From Armatimonadia bacterium (lineage in GTDB: Bacteria > Armatimonadota > Zipacnadia > Zipacnadales > UBA11051): a stretch of DNA of 64,000 nt. Shown in pieces: positions 7,942-16,759 of this stretch. The notes below the pieces were generated by a model, which worked only from the letters and a program-made list of their open reading frames with translations, did not search any database and was not told the origin of the DNA. The DNA lies in contig JBDKRC010000196.1 in NCBI GenBank assembly GCA_039683575.1, positions 1 through 64,000 of the forward strand, written 5' to 3'. Position 1 is the stretch's first letter. Each line of letters begins with the position of its first letter. The translations under genes and the position numbers were made by a program.

Positions 7942-8841
7942 GTGAAGAAGATGACTATCTGTCTGCTCGTCGCACTGATGTTGCTGGCGCTGACGGCTGC
8001 GCTGGCCCAGGAGCCCGCGCCGCTTTCCGGTACCGTGACCTTCCGCAGCGGCCAGACGCTCACCGGCGTCATCCGCTCGGCTGATCTGGGGATCATGGAA
8101 GGCAGCGGGATCGGCACCAACGCCGGCGGCGGCGGCAGCCTCAAGATCGCCATCAACGGCAAGACGCAGGTCATTCCGGCCTCTAACATCGCAGCAGTCG
8201 AAGTGACCTGGGCGGATGCCAGCAAGCCCGGCGAGCCCGCATGGGACATCACTGAGCTTCGCGTCACGACCCGCGACGGCCAGGTACTCGTAGGCAAGCC
8301 GACGTGGCACATGCATGCGACCAACGTCAGCGTGCAGCTTCCGTCGGGCGAGACCAAGCGGGTGCATGCGTTCCCGCTGGCCGGCCCGGACTTCAAGCCC
8401 GAGAACCTGATCGCCAAGATCGAACTCACCGGCACGGCTCCGGTGGCAACGACGCCGGCTCCGGCGGCGACCGTAACCCCGGTGCCTGATGCCACGACGC
8501 CCGCACCGGCGGCCACGACGCCTGCTCCGGCAGCTACGACACCTGCTCCGGCAGCTACGACACCGGCACCCGCGGCGACCACTCCGGCCCCCGGGCCCGA
8601 TGTGAACATCACTCCCGCGCCGGCAGCTACGACCCCGGCGCCGGCAACGATCACTCCAGCCCCGGCGGCCACGACGCCCGCTCCAGTCGCTGTGACGGCG
8701 ACGGCCAAGCCCGTGGCGGCCACTCCCGGCCAGCCGGTAGTGGTGACCGTGAAGGTCCCCGGCACGGACAAGCTGGTCAGCATTCTGCTGTACGTGACGG
8801 TCACCGACCAGGGCGTGACGGTGGCCCCGGCGACCCCGTAG
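7942..8841 (+). CDS. Exported protein with a Pro/Ala/Thr-rich repeat linker
   Basis: GAGGTG SD then GTG; signal peptide KKMTICLLVALMLLALTAALA; beta-rich domain, PAPAATT repeats and a short beta-rich C-terminus. Confidence 0.8.
   Translation: MKKMTICLLVALMLLALTAALAQEPAPLSGTVTFRSGQTLTGVIRSADLGIMEGSGIGTNAGGGGSLKIAINGKTQVIPASNIAAVEVTWADASKPGEPAWDITELRVTTRDGQVLVGKPTWHMHATNVSVQLPSGETKRVHAFPLAGPDFKPENLIAKIELTGTAPVATTPAPAATVTPVPDATTPAPAATTPAPAATTPAPAATTPAPAATTPAPGPDVNITPAPAATTPAPATITPAPAATTPAPVAVTATAKPVAATPGQPVVVTVKVPGTDKLVSILLYVTVTDQGVTVAPATP
8449..8685 (+). repeat. Coding 21-bp tandem repeat (TPAPAAT units)
   Basis: About 9-10 degenerate heptapeptide repeats. Confidence 0.85.
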
Positions 8842-8847
8842 GTTCGA

Positions 8848-8971
8848 GCGGGCGGGACGCCCGCACTACGCGTTGTAGAAGCGGGCGGGACGCCCCTATT
8901 GCGCGTTGTGGGAGCGGGCGAGACGCCCCTATTACGCGTTGTGGGAGCGGGCGAGACGCCCGCACTGCGCG
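8848..8971. repeat. Four direct tandem REP family B copies, 33-bp period
   Basis: Units start at 8848, 8881, 8914 and 8947; linkers are near-identical (CGCGTTGTRGRA). Confidence 0.9.
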
Positions 8972-9124
8972 CGGCATGTAACCATAGTGCTATAGCCAGC
9001 CTCGCAATGGCCGTCACAATCATCTGTGCGGCTATTGCGAGGCTGTGGTATGATTAGGCGCCAGCCCCACGGCTGGCGCACATATGATTCCCGCCGCGCC
9101 CCGCGGATAGAGAGGCCGTACCTG

Positions 9125-10336
9125 ATGAGCCCGAAAGAACAACTCGAACTACTCAGATTCAACTCCATTGACTTCGTGTGTGAGGAAGAACTGCTCGCGA
9201 AGCTCGAGCAAGGCCGGCCGCTGCGCATCAAGTATGGCGCCGACCCCAGCGCCCCTGACCTGCACCTCGGCCACAGCGTCCCCATGCGCCGCCTGCGGCA
9301 GTTTCAGGAGCTTGGACACACGATCGTCTTCATCATCGGCGACTTTACCGCCCGCATCGGCGATCCAAGTGGCAAGTCCAAGACCCGCCCGATGCTGACG
9401 CAGGAGCAGGTTGAGGAGAATGCCCGCTCCTATGCCGCGCAGGTGGGGCAAATTCTCGACATCGAGAAGGCCGAACTGCACTATAACAGCACTTGGCTCA
9501 ACGGCCTGGGCGTTGACGGCATGCTGAAGCTGTGCTCGCATTACACCGTGGCGCGGATGCTCGAGCGCGACGACTTCTGCAAGCGCATGAAAGAAGAAGT
9601 GCCGATCTCCGTCGTGGAGCTGCTATACCCACTCACGCAGGCATACGACTCCGTGGCGGTGAAGGCCGATGTAGAGCTTGGCGGAACCGACCAGCTCTTC
9701 AACTTCCTGGTCGGACGCGACATCATGCGGGCCTACGGGCTGCCGCCACAGGTGGTCATGACGTGGCCGCTGCTGGTCGGAACCGACGGCAGCGACAAAA
9801 TGAGCAAATCGCTCGGAAATTACGTCGGAATCACTGACGCGCCGGGCCAGATGTATGGCAAGCTGATGTCCGTGCCGGATGCCGCAATGCCAATGTACTA
9901 TGAGCTGTTGCTCGACTACACCAAGGCGCAAGCGGCGCAGTTGATGGCGGACATCGAGCAGGGGAGCTTGCATCCGAAGCAGGCCAAGTCGGAACTGGCC
10001 AAGCGGATTGTGACCACCTACCACAGCCAGGGGGCTGCAGAGGACGCGGCGGCGGAATTTGACAAGGTATTCGCCCAGGGCGAGTTGCCCACCGAGATGC
10101 CGGACATAGAGGTCTCGCGCGGGGACTTCGAAGGGGAGACGATCTGGCTGGTCAAAGTGCTCCTGACCGCAGGATTCGCGACCAGCAATGGCGAGGGGCG
10201 GCGTCTGATCCGCGGCGGTGGCGTGAAGGTGGATGGGCAGACCATCACAGATGAGATGGCCCAGGTGAGCCTGCATGGCGGCGAGGTGGTTCAGGTCGGC
10301 AAGCGCCGCGTGGGTAGGGTGGTTGTGAAGGGTTAG
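9125..10336 (+). CDS. tyrS: Tyrosyl-tRNA synthetase
   Basis: GADPSAPDLHLGH (HIGH), KMSKS, ELGGTDQ, C-terminal S4 domain; start at ATG 9125. Confidence 0.97.
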   Translation: MSPKEQLELLRFNSIDFVCEEELLAKLEQGRPLRIKYGADPSAPDLHLGHSVPMRRLRQFQELGHTIVFIIGDFTARIGDPSGKSKTRPMLTQEQVEENARSYAAQVGQILDIEKAELHYNSTWLNGLGVDGMLKLCSHYTVARMLERDDFCKRMKEEVPISVVELLYPLTQAYDSVAVKADVELGGTDQLFNFLVGRDIMRAYGLPPQVVMTWPLLVGTDGSDKMSKSLGNYVGITDAPGQMYGKLMSVPDAAMPMYYELLLDYTKAQAAQLMADIEQGSLHPKQAKSELAKRIVTTYHSQGAAEDAAAEFDKVFAQGELPTEMPDIEVSRGDFEGETIWLVKVLLTAGFATSNGEGRRLIRGGGVKVDGQTITDEMAQVSLHGGEVVQVGKRRVGRVVVKG

Positions 10337-10415
10337 GCCCTCCAGAGGGCCACGTTGCGAGAGAGGTGGGAAGGGCATGATGGAATGTGGAGGGCAGGAA
10401 AGAGGAGGTTTGGGC

Positions 10416-10718
10416 ATGGAATCTCAGTATCGTGAACATCGGCACAGCAGCAGCTTCTCAGCATTCATGGCGACTATCGGCTCCATAGTCTTCGGTGCCT
10501 TGATCGGGGCGGCGGTCGCACTGCTCATGGCCCCCAAGTCTGGCGAGGAACTACGCACCGATCTGCGGGAAGGCGCGAACCGCATGAGCGAGCGCATCTC
10601 GGACACGAGCCATGAGGTTGTCGAGAGTATGCGCGACAAGATCAGCCAGATCGGCCGGGAGGCCGAGAAGATGGGCGAGAAGGCCCAGCGTGCGGCTGAG
10701 GATATTGCGGAGCGCTAG
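10416..10718 (+). CDS. YtxH-domain protein
   Basis: GALIGAAVALLMAPKSGEELR; GAGGAGG SD. Confidence 0.88.
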   Translation: MESQYREHRHSSSFSAFMATIGSIVFGALIGAAVALLMAPKSGEELRTDLREGANRMSERISDTSHEVVESMRDKISQIGREAEKMGEKAQRAAEDIAER

Positions 10719-10748
10719 CGAGCTGTAGCAGGCTTCCAATAGACCGGC

Positions 10749-10777
10749 AAATGGGGACATACAGTTGTCCCCATTTT
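10749..10777. repeat. Hairpin AAATGGGGACA-N6-TGTCCCCATTT (terminator or REP family D relative)
   Basis: 11-bp inverted repeat followed by T residues downstream of the YtxH gene. Confidence 0.5.
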
Positions 10778-10810
10778 CATTCCACTTTGCCCCGGCATCC
10801 GAGGTGCAGT

Positions 10811-11971
10811 ATGCTGCGCCGTTTCCTTGTCTCCCTCGTCATTCTCCCCATCCTGCTTGTCGCCGGCTGTGCCCCCGTCGGGCTGCGCGTTCCGTGGGGG
10901 CTATCGAAGCTGCCGTGGACCGTGCTCTACCTGGACAGCAACCAGCGCCTTGTGGCGCAGGGGATGGACCATCCCCTGCTCGAGAAGGCGCAGACGAATT
11001 CCGTGGCGCCCTCGCCCAGCGGCGCGCATCTGGCGGCGGTGGACGAGCAGGGCCGGCTTTCTATCGTGCCCATAGTGGCGGGCGCGAGAGTACAGATTGA
11101 CGCGGGGCCTGTGGACACGTCGTTTTGGCCGAAGGTGAGCCCGTGGTCGGCGGACGGGCGGTCGCTGGTGTACGTGGCTCGGGGGGATATCATGTACTAC
11201 CGCCTCGGCAGGAAGCCGCGGCAGTTGACTACCACGAAGGATGCCTTCACCCCGACTCTGTCACCGGATGGTAGTCTCGTAGCATACGGCCGGAGGACCA
11301 AGGAGGCCCAGCAGGACCTGGGGCTATGGGTCGTGTCGGTGAAGGGCGGCGAGCCGCGGCAACTGGTCGACGCGACCGGGGATGTGTTCTCGGCCTGCTG
11401 CCCCACGTGGTCGCCCGACCAGCAGTGGATCGCGTTCCTGCAGGCCTACGAGGGCGGCGCGGTTGGCGTGGTGAAGAGCGATGGGAGCGGCGTGAACGTC
11501 GGCATCGAGGCGGCGTGGCTGCCGCTGTGTTGGTCGCCTGACAGCACTACCGTGGTCTTCCCCAAAATCTACTATGGCGAGAGCGGGGACGGGCTGTGGC
11601 GGTACAGTGTGGGCACGCAACAGACGGAGATGCTGGCGGGCAAGGGGCTGACGGCGGAACCAATAGTCTCGGCTGACTATACTCGCGCGATACTGGCGAT
11701 GGCGGAGAAGCAGGTCGAGGGTAAGCCAAGGCAGACCAAGTTGCTGGAATACGCCCTGCCGGCGTGGCAGAGGGGCTCCGAGCAGGCGACGCTGCCCGGA
11801 CAGGCGGTCAGGGGCTTGTTCTCTCCCGATGGTGCACAGGTGGCGCTGCTGATGGTGGAGGACAACAAGTTCCCCCTGTATGTCGGGCCTGGAACGGTGA
11901 AAGGGCTCAAGAAGATTGCGGCGGCTGAGGAGCTGATGGGCTGGGTGCGGCTGCCGGTGGAGAAGGAGTAG
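10811..11971 (+). CDS. TolB-like (PD40) beta-propeller lipoprotein
   Basis: Lipobox LVAGC; repeated WSADG / LSPDG / WSPDQ / WSPDS / FSPDG motifs. Confidence 0.82.
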   Translation: MLRRFLVSLVILPILLVAGCAPVGLRVPWGLSKLPWTVLYLDSNQRLVAQGMDHPLLEKAQTNSVAPSPSGAHLAAVDEQGRLSIVPIVAGARVQIDAGPVDTSFWPKVSPWSADGRSLVYVARGDIMYYRLGRKPRQLTTTKDAFTPTLSPDGSLVAYGRRTKEAQQDLGLWVVSVKGGEPRQLVDATGDVFSACCPTWSPDQQWIAFLQAYEGGAVGVVKSDGSGVNVGIEAAWLPLCWSPDSTTVVFPKIYYGESGDGLWRYSVGTQQTEMLAGKGLTAEPIVSADYTRAILAMAEKQVEGKPRQTKLLEYALPAWQRGSEQATLPGQAVRGLFSPDGAQVALLMVEDNKFPLYVGPGTVKGLKKIAAAEELMGWVRLPVEKE

Positions 11972-11992
11972 CGTCACAAGCGCGCGCACGAG

Positions 11993-12014
11993 ACGGGCGA
12001 GACGCCCGTCGTAC
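11993..12014. repeat. REP family B variant
   Basis: ACGGGCGAGACGCCCGTCGTAC between convergent genes. Confidence 0.65.
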
Positions 12015-12041
12015 AAAGACGGCGATCTTGGTGCACTGGGT

Positions 12042-12482
12042 TCAGCTGATTTTGGCCCCGCAGCGGTCGCAGAAGTGAGCAGTGGCGCTGAGGGTGTTGT
12101 TGCACTTGGGACAGGTTTTGGTAGCCGCCGGTGGGACCGGGGCCGGACCTGCTGTCGCCGAAGCGGGCGGAGGCGGAGGAGGGGGCGGCGGTGGCGCTGT
12201 AGCTTCGACCGGAGGGGTCTGGATCCCAGCGACTTTGTGCCGCAACTCCATCATTTCCTCATCAATCTGTTCAACACGCCGCAGCAGCGAGTCCATCTGC
12301 GGATCGCTCAGCAGGCCCTGACGCTTGAGTTCGCGGGCCCTCTTCCCCACCTCGATCAGCACCCGGTCGCTCTCTTCGTCGAGATTCCCCAGTTGCGCCT
12401 GCAGCGACAAGGTTTCCGTCTCGCGCGATACGGCAGCGGCTGCCTGTCCCAGGGCTGCGCGGGCTTTGTCGAATAGACTCAT
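12042..12482 (-). CDS. Coiled-coil / polyproline / zinc-ribbon protein
   Basis: MSLFDKA helical N-terminus, poly-P linker, CPKC-x10-CDRCG. Confidence 0.82.
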   Translation of the reverse strand: MSLFDKARAALGQAAAAVSRETETLSLQAQLGNLDEESDRVLIEVGKRARELKRQGLLSDPQMDSLLRRVEQIDEEMMELRHKVAGIQTPPVEATAPPPPPPPPPPASATAGPAPVPPAATKTCPKCNNTLSATAHFCDRCGAKIS

Positions 12483-12632
12483 GTGACCACCTCAAGTGTG
12501 CGACCGTCTGATATCGTAGACGTTGATTGGCCGTCGTGGGCACAGTGACCTGCCACAACAGCGAGGCCCGCCGACGCTGTGGGCGCAGGCGGGCGTTGAA
12601 GATACCGTGTCAGAGACCACGCAGGGCGTTAG

Positions 12633-13043
12633 CTATCGGCATGGCGGGCGGTAATTGCCGTAGGGGCCGTAGCTGTAGTTGTTGTCGGCTTGCCACTGAT
12701 CACGGCGGCCGTTATCGTATCCGTACCGGTAGCCGTTGTCATAGCCCTGCCGGCGGCCGTTGTGGGTCCCGTCGCTGTAGCCATCACGGTAGCCGTTGTC
12801 GTAGCTCTGACGCGGACTGCCGTAACCGTAGCCGCCGTAGCACGGCGGGTCGTAGCGGGGTCGATCGCAGTGACGATCATCGTCATCGCTCAAGGCAGCG
12901 CCGATGATGGCGCCGATCGCCAGGCCGGCGATGAAGCGGCCGCTCTTGCTGCTCGCGGCAGCGGGAGTGGTGCCTACCGTTGTGACGGCGAAGGCAGCGA
13001 TGACTGCGATGAGGAGCAAACGACTGAGATTAGTGTGAAACAT
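12633..13043 (-). CDS. Small exported protein with glycine-zipper-like helix and YDNGY repeats
   Basis: Signal peptide, FIAGLAIGAIIGAAL, then a G/Y/D/N-rich tail; purine-rich SD. Confidence 0.75.
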   Translation of the reverse strand: MFHTNLSRLLLIAVIAAFAVTTVGTTPAAASSKSGRFIAGLAIGAIIGAALSDDDDRHCDRPRYDPPCYGGYGYGSPRQSYDNGYRDGYSDGTHNGRRQGYDNGYRYGYDNGRRDQWQADNNYSYGPYGNYRPPCR

Positions 13044-13125
13044 GATGTTAGCACTTCCTTTCCCTCAAACTAAAGATGCCGGACCATTCACAATTCAGGG
13101 CGGCTGCATGGGCCTGGCCCGATGA

Positions 13126-13548
13126 CTAGTCGTACGGTCGCGTGTACTTCTGATAGGTGCCGCCGAGCCTCATTGGCGAGACGAAGCGGTAGTGGGGTTG
13201 CTCTTTGTAGTAGTATTGTCCAGGCAACCGACGCTGGGTGTAGACTGTGTTCGGGTTCTCGTCGTTGCCGCCTGCAGGGCACTGCCTGCCGCAGTAGGGA
13301 CACGCGTCCTGGCCCGGGAAATGCGCGTGGCCGCAACTGGCACAAGGGATCGGCTGGCCGTAGGCAGACTCGTTGAGCGGGTAGGCGGAATTGGGTGAGG
13401 GTTGGTAGTAGTAGCCGTAGGCGGGATTGCTGCGGTTCTCAACCCAGCCCTCGAAAGCGCCACGGTACCACATGCGCTGGGTCTGCGCACTCAACGGCAC
13501 AGTGGCGACGAGACTCAGAAGCAGTGTTTGCGTTAGCAGGCGAAGCAT
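13126..13548 (-). CDS. Small exported Tyr-rich protein with a zinc-ribbon-like motif
   Basis: GGAGG SD; signal peptide; CASCG-x9-CPYCG. Confidence 0.75.
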   Translation of the reverse strand: MLRLLTQTLLLSLVATVPLSAQTQRMWYRGAFEGWVENRSNPAYGYYYQPSPNSAYPLNESAYGQPIPCASCGHAHFPGQDACPYCGRQCPAGGNDENPNTVYTQRRLPGQYYYKEQPHYRFVSPMRLGGTYQKYTRPYD

Positions 13549-13615
13549 ACTAAACTACCTCCCGGGCGTGGAGTGAAGCTGGCGTATGCCATCCACATCC
13601 ACTATCTACTAGGTT

Positions 13616-13647
13616 CAGTAGTATATCTACCAAGGTACTACTGTCAA
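13616..13647 (-). promoter_or_regulatory. Putative sigma70 promoter overlapped by an operator-like inverted repeat
   Basis: Minus strand TTGACA(13647-13642)-N16-TATACT(13625-13620); inverted repeat CAGTAGTA-N12-TACTACTG (13616-13643). Confidence 0.55.
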
Positions 13648-13677
13648 TAGTAATTTTCGCGATACGACAGGACGTCT

Positions 13678-14709
13678 ATGACTAGTAATCTCTTCTACGA
13701 ACTAAATCTTCCCGACCTTCAGGCCTGGCTGAAAATACGCAAGCAGCCAGGATACCGGGCCAAGCAGGTTTTCGAGGCTGCGTACCAGCATCTGGCGCAC
13801 ACCTTCGAGGATATGACGGCGCTGCCCAAGGACCTGCGGGAGGCGCTGGCGGCTGAGTATGAGATCGGCCCGGCGGAGGTCGAGAGCGTCTCGCGCAATG
13901 AGGACACGATCAAGCTGCTGGTGAAGCTGCGCGACGGTGGGATGGTGGAATGCGTTCGCATCCACATGGAGGGCAGCTACACGGCCTGCATCTCCAGCCA
14001 GGTGGGCTGCGCGATCAAATGTGCGTTTTGTGCGACGGGGCGGATCAAGGAGTGCAGAAGCCTGACCGTGGGCGAGATCGTGCGGCAGGTCATAACGGTC
14101 AACGACCTTGGTGAGCGGGTTCGCAACGTGGTCTTCATGGGGATGGGCGAGCCATTCCACAACTACGCCAACGTGGTGGAGGCGGTGCGGCGGTTGATCT
14201 CGCCGGAGGCTTTTGCGATGTCACCACGGCGGATCACCATCTCCACCTCGGGGATCGTGCCAGCGATACATCGCTATGCCGAGGAGGGGCTGAATACGGA
14301 GTTGGCGGTGTCGCTGAACGCCTCGACGGATGACCAGCGGCGGATGCTGATGCCCGGCGTGGCACGGTGGACGCTGACGCAGCTTCTGGAGGCGTGTGCC
14401 CACTTCTCCGAGGCACACAAGGGCCAGCCGGTGACGTTCGCGTATGTCCTGCTGGATGGCGTAAACGACGATTTCGACGATGCCGAGCGGCTGGGGAAGC
14501 TGCTCAAGCACCAACCGCATCATATCAACCTGATCCCGTTTAACGAGGTCGCCAACTCGCGCTTCCACGCTCCCCACAAGGTCCGGGTGCGGGCCTTCCT
14601 GGAGGCGTGCCGGCGGCACCGGCTGAATGTGAGCGTGCGGCACAGCAAGGGCGGGGACATTGACGCGGCGTGTGGGCAGCTTCGGGCGAAGCAGGAAGAG
14701 GAGCGGTAG
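13678..14709 (+). CDS. rlmN: 23S rRNA (A2503)/tRNA C2-methyltransferase
   Basis: CISSQVGCAIKCAFCATG, VVFMGMGEP, DIDAACGQL. Confidence 0.93.
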   Translation: MTSNLFYELNLPDLQAWLKIRKQPGYRAKQVFEAAYQHLAHTFEDMTALPKDLREALAAEYEIGPAEVESVSRNEDTIKLLVKLRDGGMVECVRIHMEGSYTACISSQVGCAIKCAFCATGRIKECRSLTVGEIVRQVITVNDLGERVRNVVFMGMGEPFHNYANVVEAVRRLISPEAFAMSPRRITISTSGIVPAIHRYAEEGLNTELAVSLNASTDDQRRMLMPGVARWTLTQLLEACAHFSEAHKGQPVTFAYVLLDGVNDDFDDAERLGKLLKHQPHHINLIPFNEVANSRFHAPHKVRVRAFLEACRRHRLNVSVRHSKGGDIDAACGQLRAKQEEER

Positions 14710-14714
14710 AACCG

Positions 14715-14739
14715 AAAAACCGCTGCGTTAGCAGCGGTT
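14715..14739 (-). terminator. Intrinsic terminator between convergent rlmN and tRNA-Gln
   Basis: AACCGCTGC-GTTA-GCAGCGGTT hairpin with a U-tract on the minus strand. Confidence 0.7.
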
Positions 14740-14756
14740 AAGCCAATGTTTCAGAT

Positions 14757-14830
14757 TGGCTGCCAGGCAAGGGCTCGAACCTTGAATGGCTGATCCAGAG
14801 TCAGCTGTGTTACCATTACACCACCTGGCA
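14757..14830 (-). tRNA. tRNA-Gln (anticodon CTG)
   Basis: Minus strand TGCCAGG TGGTGTAATGGTAACAC A GCTGA CT CTG GA TCAGC CATT CAAGG TTCGAGC CCTTG CCTGGCA GCCA: full cloverleaf with encoded CCA. Confidence 0.96.
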
Positions 14831-14841
14831 GAACGGGCATA

Positions 14842-14870
14842 AGTATACCGAATACCAGCCTCGTCGTCAA
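14842..14870 (-). promoter_or_regulatory. tRNA-Gln promoter
   Basis: TTGACG-N17-TATACT just upstream of the tRNA. Confidence 0.7.
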
Positions 14871-14923
14871 GCGCCAGAGCAGGGCGCTTGACGACTGGTT
14901 CCTGGATTGCCCACCAGTTGCGG

Positions 14924-16663
14924 TCAGGCCATTCGCCAGCGTCCCCCGTCCATCTGCTCGAATCTCTCCTCCGCTGTCAGCACCGAGGCTACTTGCAGCC
15001 GCGTAACCCTCCTGATCACATTGACTTGCGCCCATAGCTGATCGAAGGCGAGGCCCTTGGTGACCCCGTGGAGCACTGCCGCCAAGACCTCTGCCAGCGT
15101 GGCGCGCTTGCGTGAAAGACGCGCGCGTATGGCTTCTAGCTGCGCCAGGCGGTCCTTGCCGATGTAGGTGGCCTGGTCCGTGGCGGCGTCACTGGCCAAG
15201 TGGTACGTTTCGACCAGCTCAGGGTTGCGCTCGATCTCGAGTAGCGCGCCGGCCGGTGGCAGATGCTGCTGGTACCAGACCAGAAGGCCATAGAGCAAGC
15301 GGGTTTCAGTGTTGACCCACACGGGCAACGTGTCGCCCTGCGGCGTGATGAAGCTGACGACGGCAACCGGTCCGGGAACGTCGAACAGGTGGTGGTCCTG
15401 CAGACGCAGCTTGAGGGTTCCGCACTGGAAGTGGTGATAGGCCACAGGAATTCGCGTTGCGTCCACACTCTCCTCGCCGACCGCCACCTCTGCCTCGCCC
15501 TGGTCCTCATAGAAGGGGTCGGTGACGTGCCCGGCGAGGCCGGGGGCGAGTTCGTCCAGGGGGAGCAGGCGCTCTCCCGCCTGCTGCGGCACCAGGGCCT
15601 CCGGGACCGTCCGCACCCACTGCGGGGTAGCCAACCTCGGCAGATAGCGTCCAGAACCAACGCGCAGCAGTGTCATTTCACTGCCCAGAAGGCCGTCAAC
15701 GGCCTGGGCGCTGGCGACGAACTGCTTCTGGCGGGGCCGTACGTGGATCACGTCGGTGAGGATCTCTTCGACGTCCAAAGGTGTGCGGACGCAGGTGGCG
15801 AGGTCTCTGATCTGTGCGGCAACCGCCAGGTCAAGCTTCAGGCGCTGTCCGGCTTCGGCATGCAGGATGGCTTCGAGGTCCACGGACGGCGGGGTGAAGT
15901 CTTCCTCCTGGTTGTAGGCTTTGGTCAGCTCACGTGACATCGCCTTTTCGGCGGTCGCCAAAAGCCACTGTGGCCCGCTGAGGCATAGGAACCTCTCGTC
16001 TTCGCACATTGCCAGAAGTGTCTCAGCCGCGCTGAACTTGTCCCCGTGGTGGTGCAGAAGCACGAGCCCCAGCCCGGGGTTAGGTAGCGGGATCTTGGCC
16101 AGCTTCAGGACCGCCTCAGCCGTGTCCAGCACCTGGCGCTGTTTGAGGCTGGGCATCGTGAGCTTAGGATACAGCGAGACGAAGGCGCTATCAGTGGCAA
16201 GGCCGTTGATGAAGAGGAGGCTGTCGAGGTCCCTGGCGGTGGTTTGTGGGAGCCATTTGGTGAGGTAGATAAGGTCGTCGAAGGCGCCGAAGTCGCGGCC
16301 GGAGAGCAGTAGCCGCTCGAGGAGGTCATTGTTCTGCCGGGGATCGCCCGTGCGGGTGAGGCAAAGCTCCGCGATCAGCAGAGCGCGGGGCATGGGCCGG
16401 CCATAGGCATCAAGGAGGGCTTCCAGCGCCCCGCCGAGGGGGCGAGAGGGCATGTAGGCCCGGTGGGTGAGGTCCCAGCGGGTGACGCAGGGGGCAAAGC
16501 GGCTGTCGGAGGCCATCACCTCCTGAGCCAGAACGGCCCCGGTTGGCCGGCCCTCCGGCAAAGCCGTCAGGAGGGTACTGAGCCGCGTAGGGCCTGGCTG
16601 ACTGAAGAGCGCGTCAGCGAGGGCATCGGCGAGGTAGTGCGCGGCAGCCCGATCTTTGACCAT
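14924..16663 (-). CDS. Hypothetical protein with multiple winged-helix (HARE-HTH / RNAP delta-like) repeats
   Basis: AGGAG SD; recurring wing motif (SDSRF..RWDL, EDERFLCLSGPQWLL, EERFEQMDGGRWRM). Confidence 0.6.
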   Translation of the reverse strand: MVKDRAAAHYLADALADALFSQPGPTRLSTLLTALPEGRPTGAVLAQEVMASDSRFAPCVTRWDLTHRAYMPSRPLGGALEALLDAYGRPMPRALLIAELCLTRTGDPRQNNDLLERLLLSGRDFGAFDDLIYLTKWLPQTTARDLDSLLFINGLATDSAFVSLYPKLTMPSLKQRQVLDTAEAVLKLAKIPLPNPGLGLVLLHHHGDKFSAAETLLAMCEDERFLCLSGPQWLLATAEKAMSRELTKAYNQEEDFTPPSVDLEAILHAEAGQRLKLDLAVAAQIRDLATCVRTPLDVEEILTDVIHVRPRQKQFVASAQAVDGLLGSEMTLLRVGSGRYLPRLATPQWVRTVPEALVPQQAGERLLPLDELAPGLAGHVTDPFYEDQGEAEVAVGEESVDATRIPVAYHHFQCGTLKLRLQDHHLFDVPGPVAVVSFITPQGDTLPVWVNTETRLLYGLLVWYQQHLPPAGALLEIERNPELVETYHLASDAATDQATYIGKDRLAQLEAIRARLSRKRATLAEVLAAVLHGVTKGLAFDQLWAQVNVIRRVTRLQVASVLTAEERFEQMDGGRWRMA

Positions 16664-16759
16664 AGGGCACTCCTATGGTGGGCCCGGCCTGCGACATTGC
16701 CGAGCAACGCCACGAGATCGCCCGGCTTAGAGCCGAGGCGTTCACAGCGGCCGGGGGGC

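Noticed and set aside
8848-8971. Possible CRISPR array
   Set aside because: The period is only 33 bp, the linkers are nearly identical rather than unique, there are no cas genes, and the unit is dispersed elsewhere as a REP.
7785-9023. 412-aa minus-strand ORF with GAGVVAA repeats
   Set aside because: It is the antisense mirror of the PAPAATT gene and the REP array.
8972-9124. T-box leader upstream of tyrS
   Set aside because: The region is too short and lacks the GGTGGNACCGCG T-box and a terminator.
14710-14830. Integrative element at tRNA-Gln
   Set aside because: No integrase or duplicated tRNA 3' end was seen; the tRNA directly abuts rlmN.
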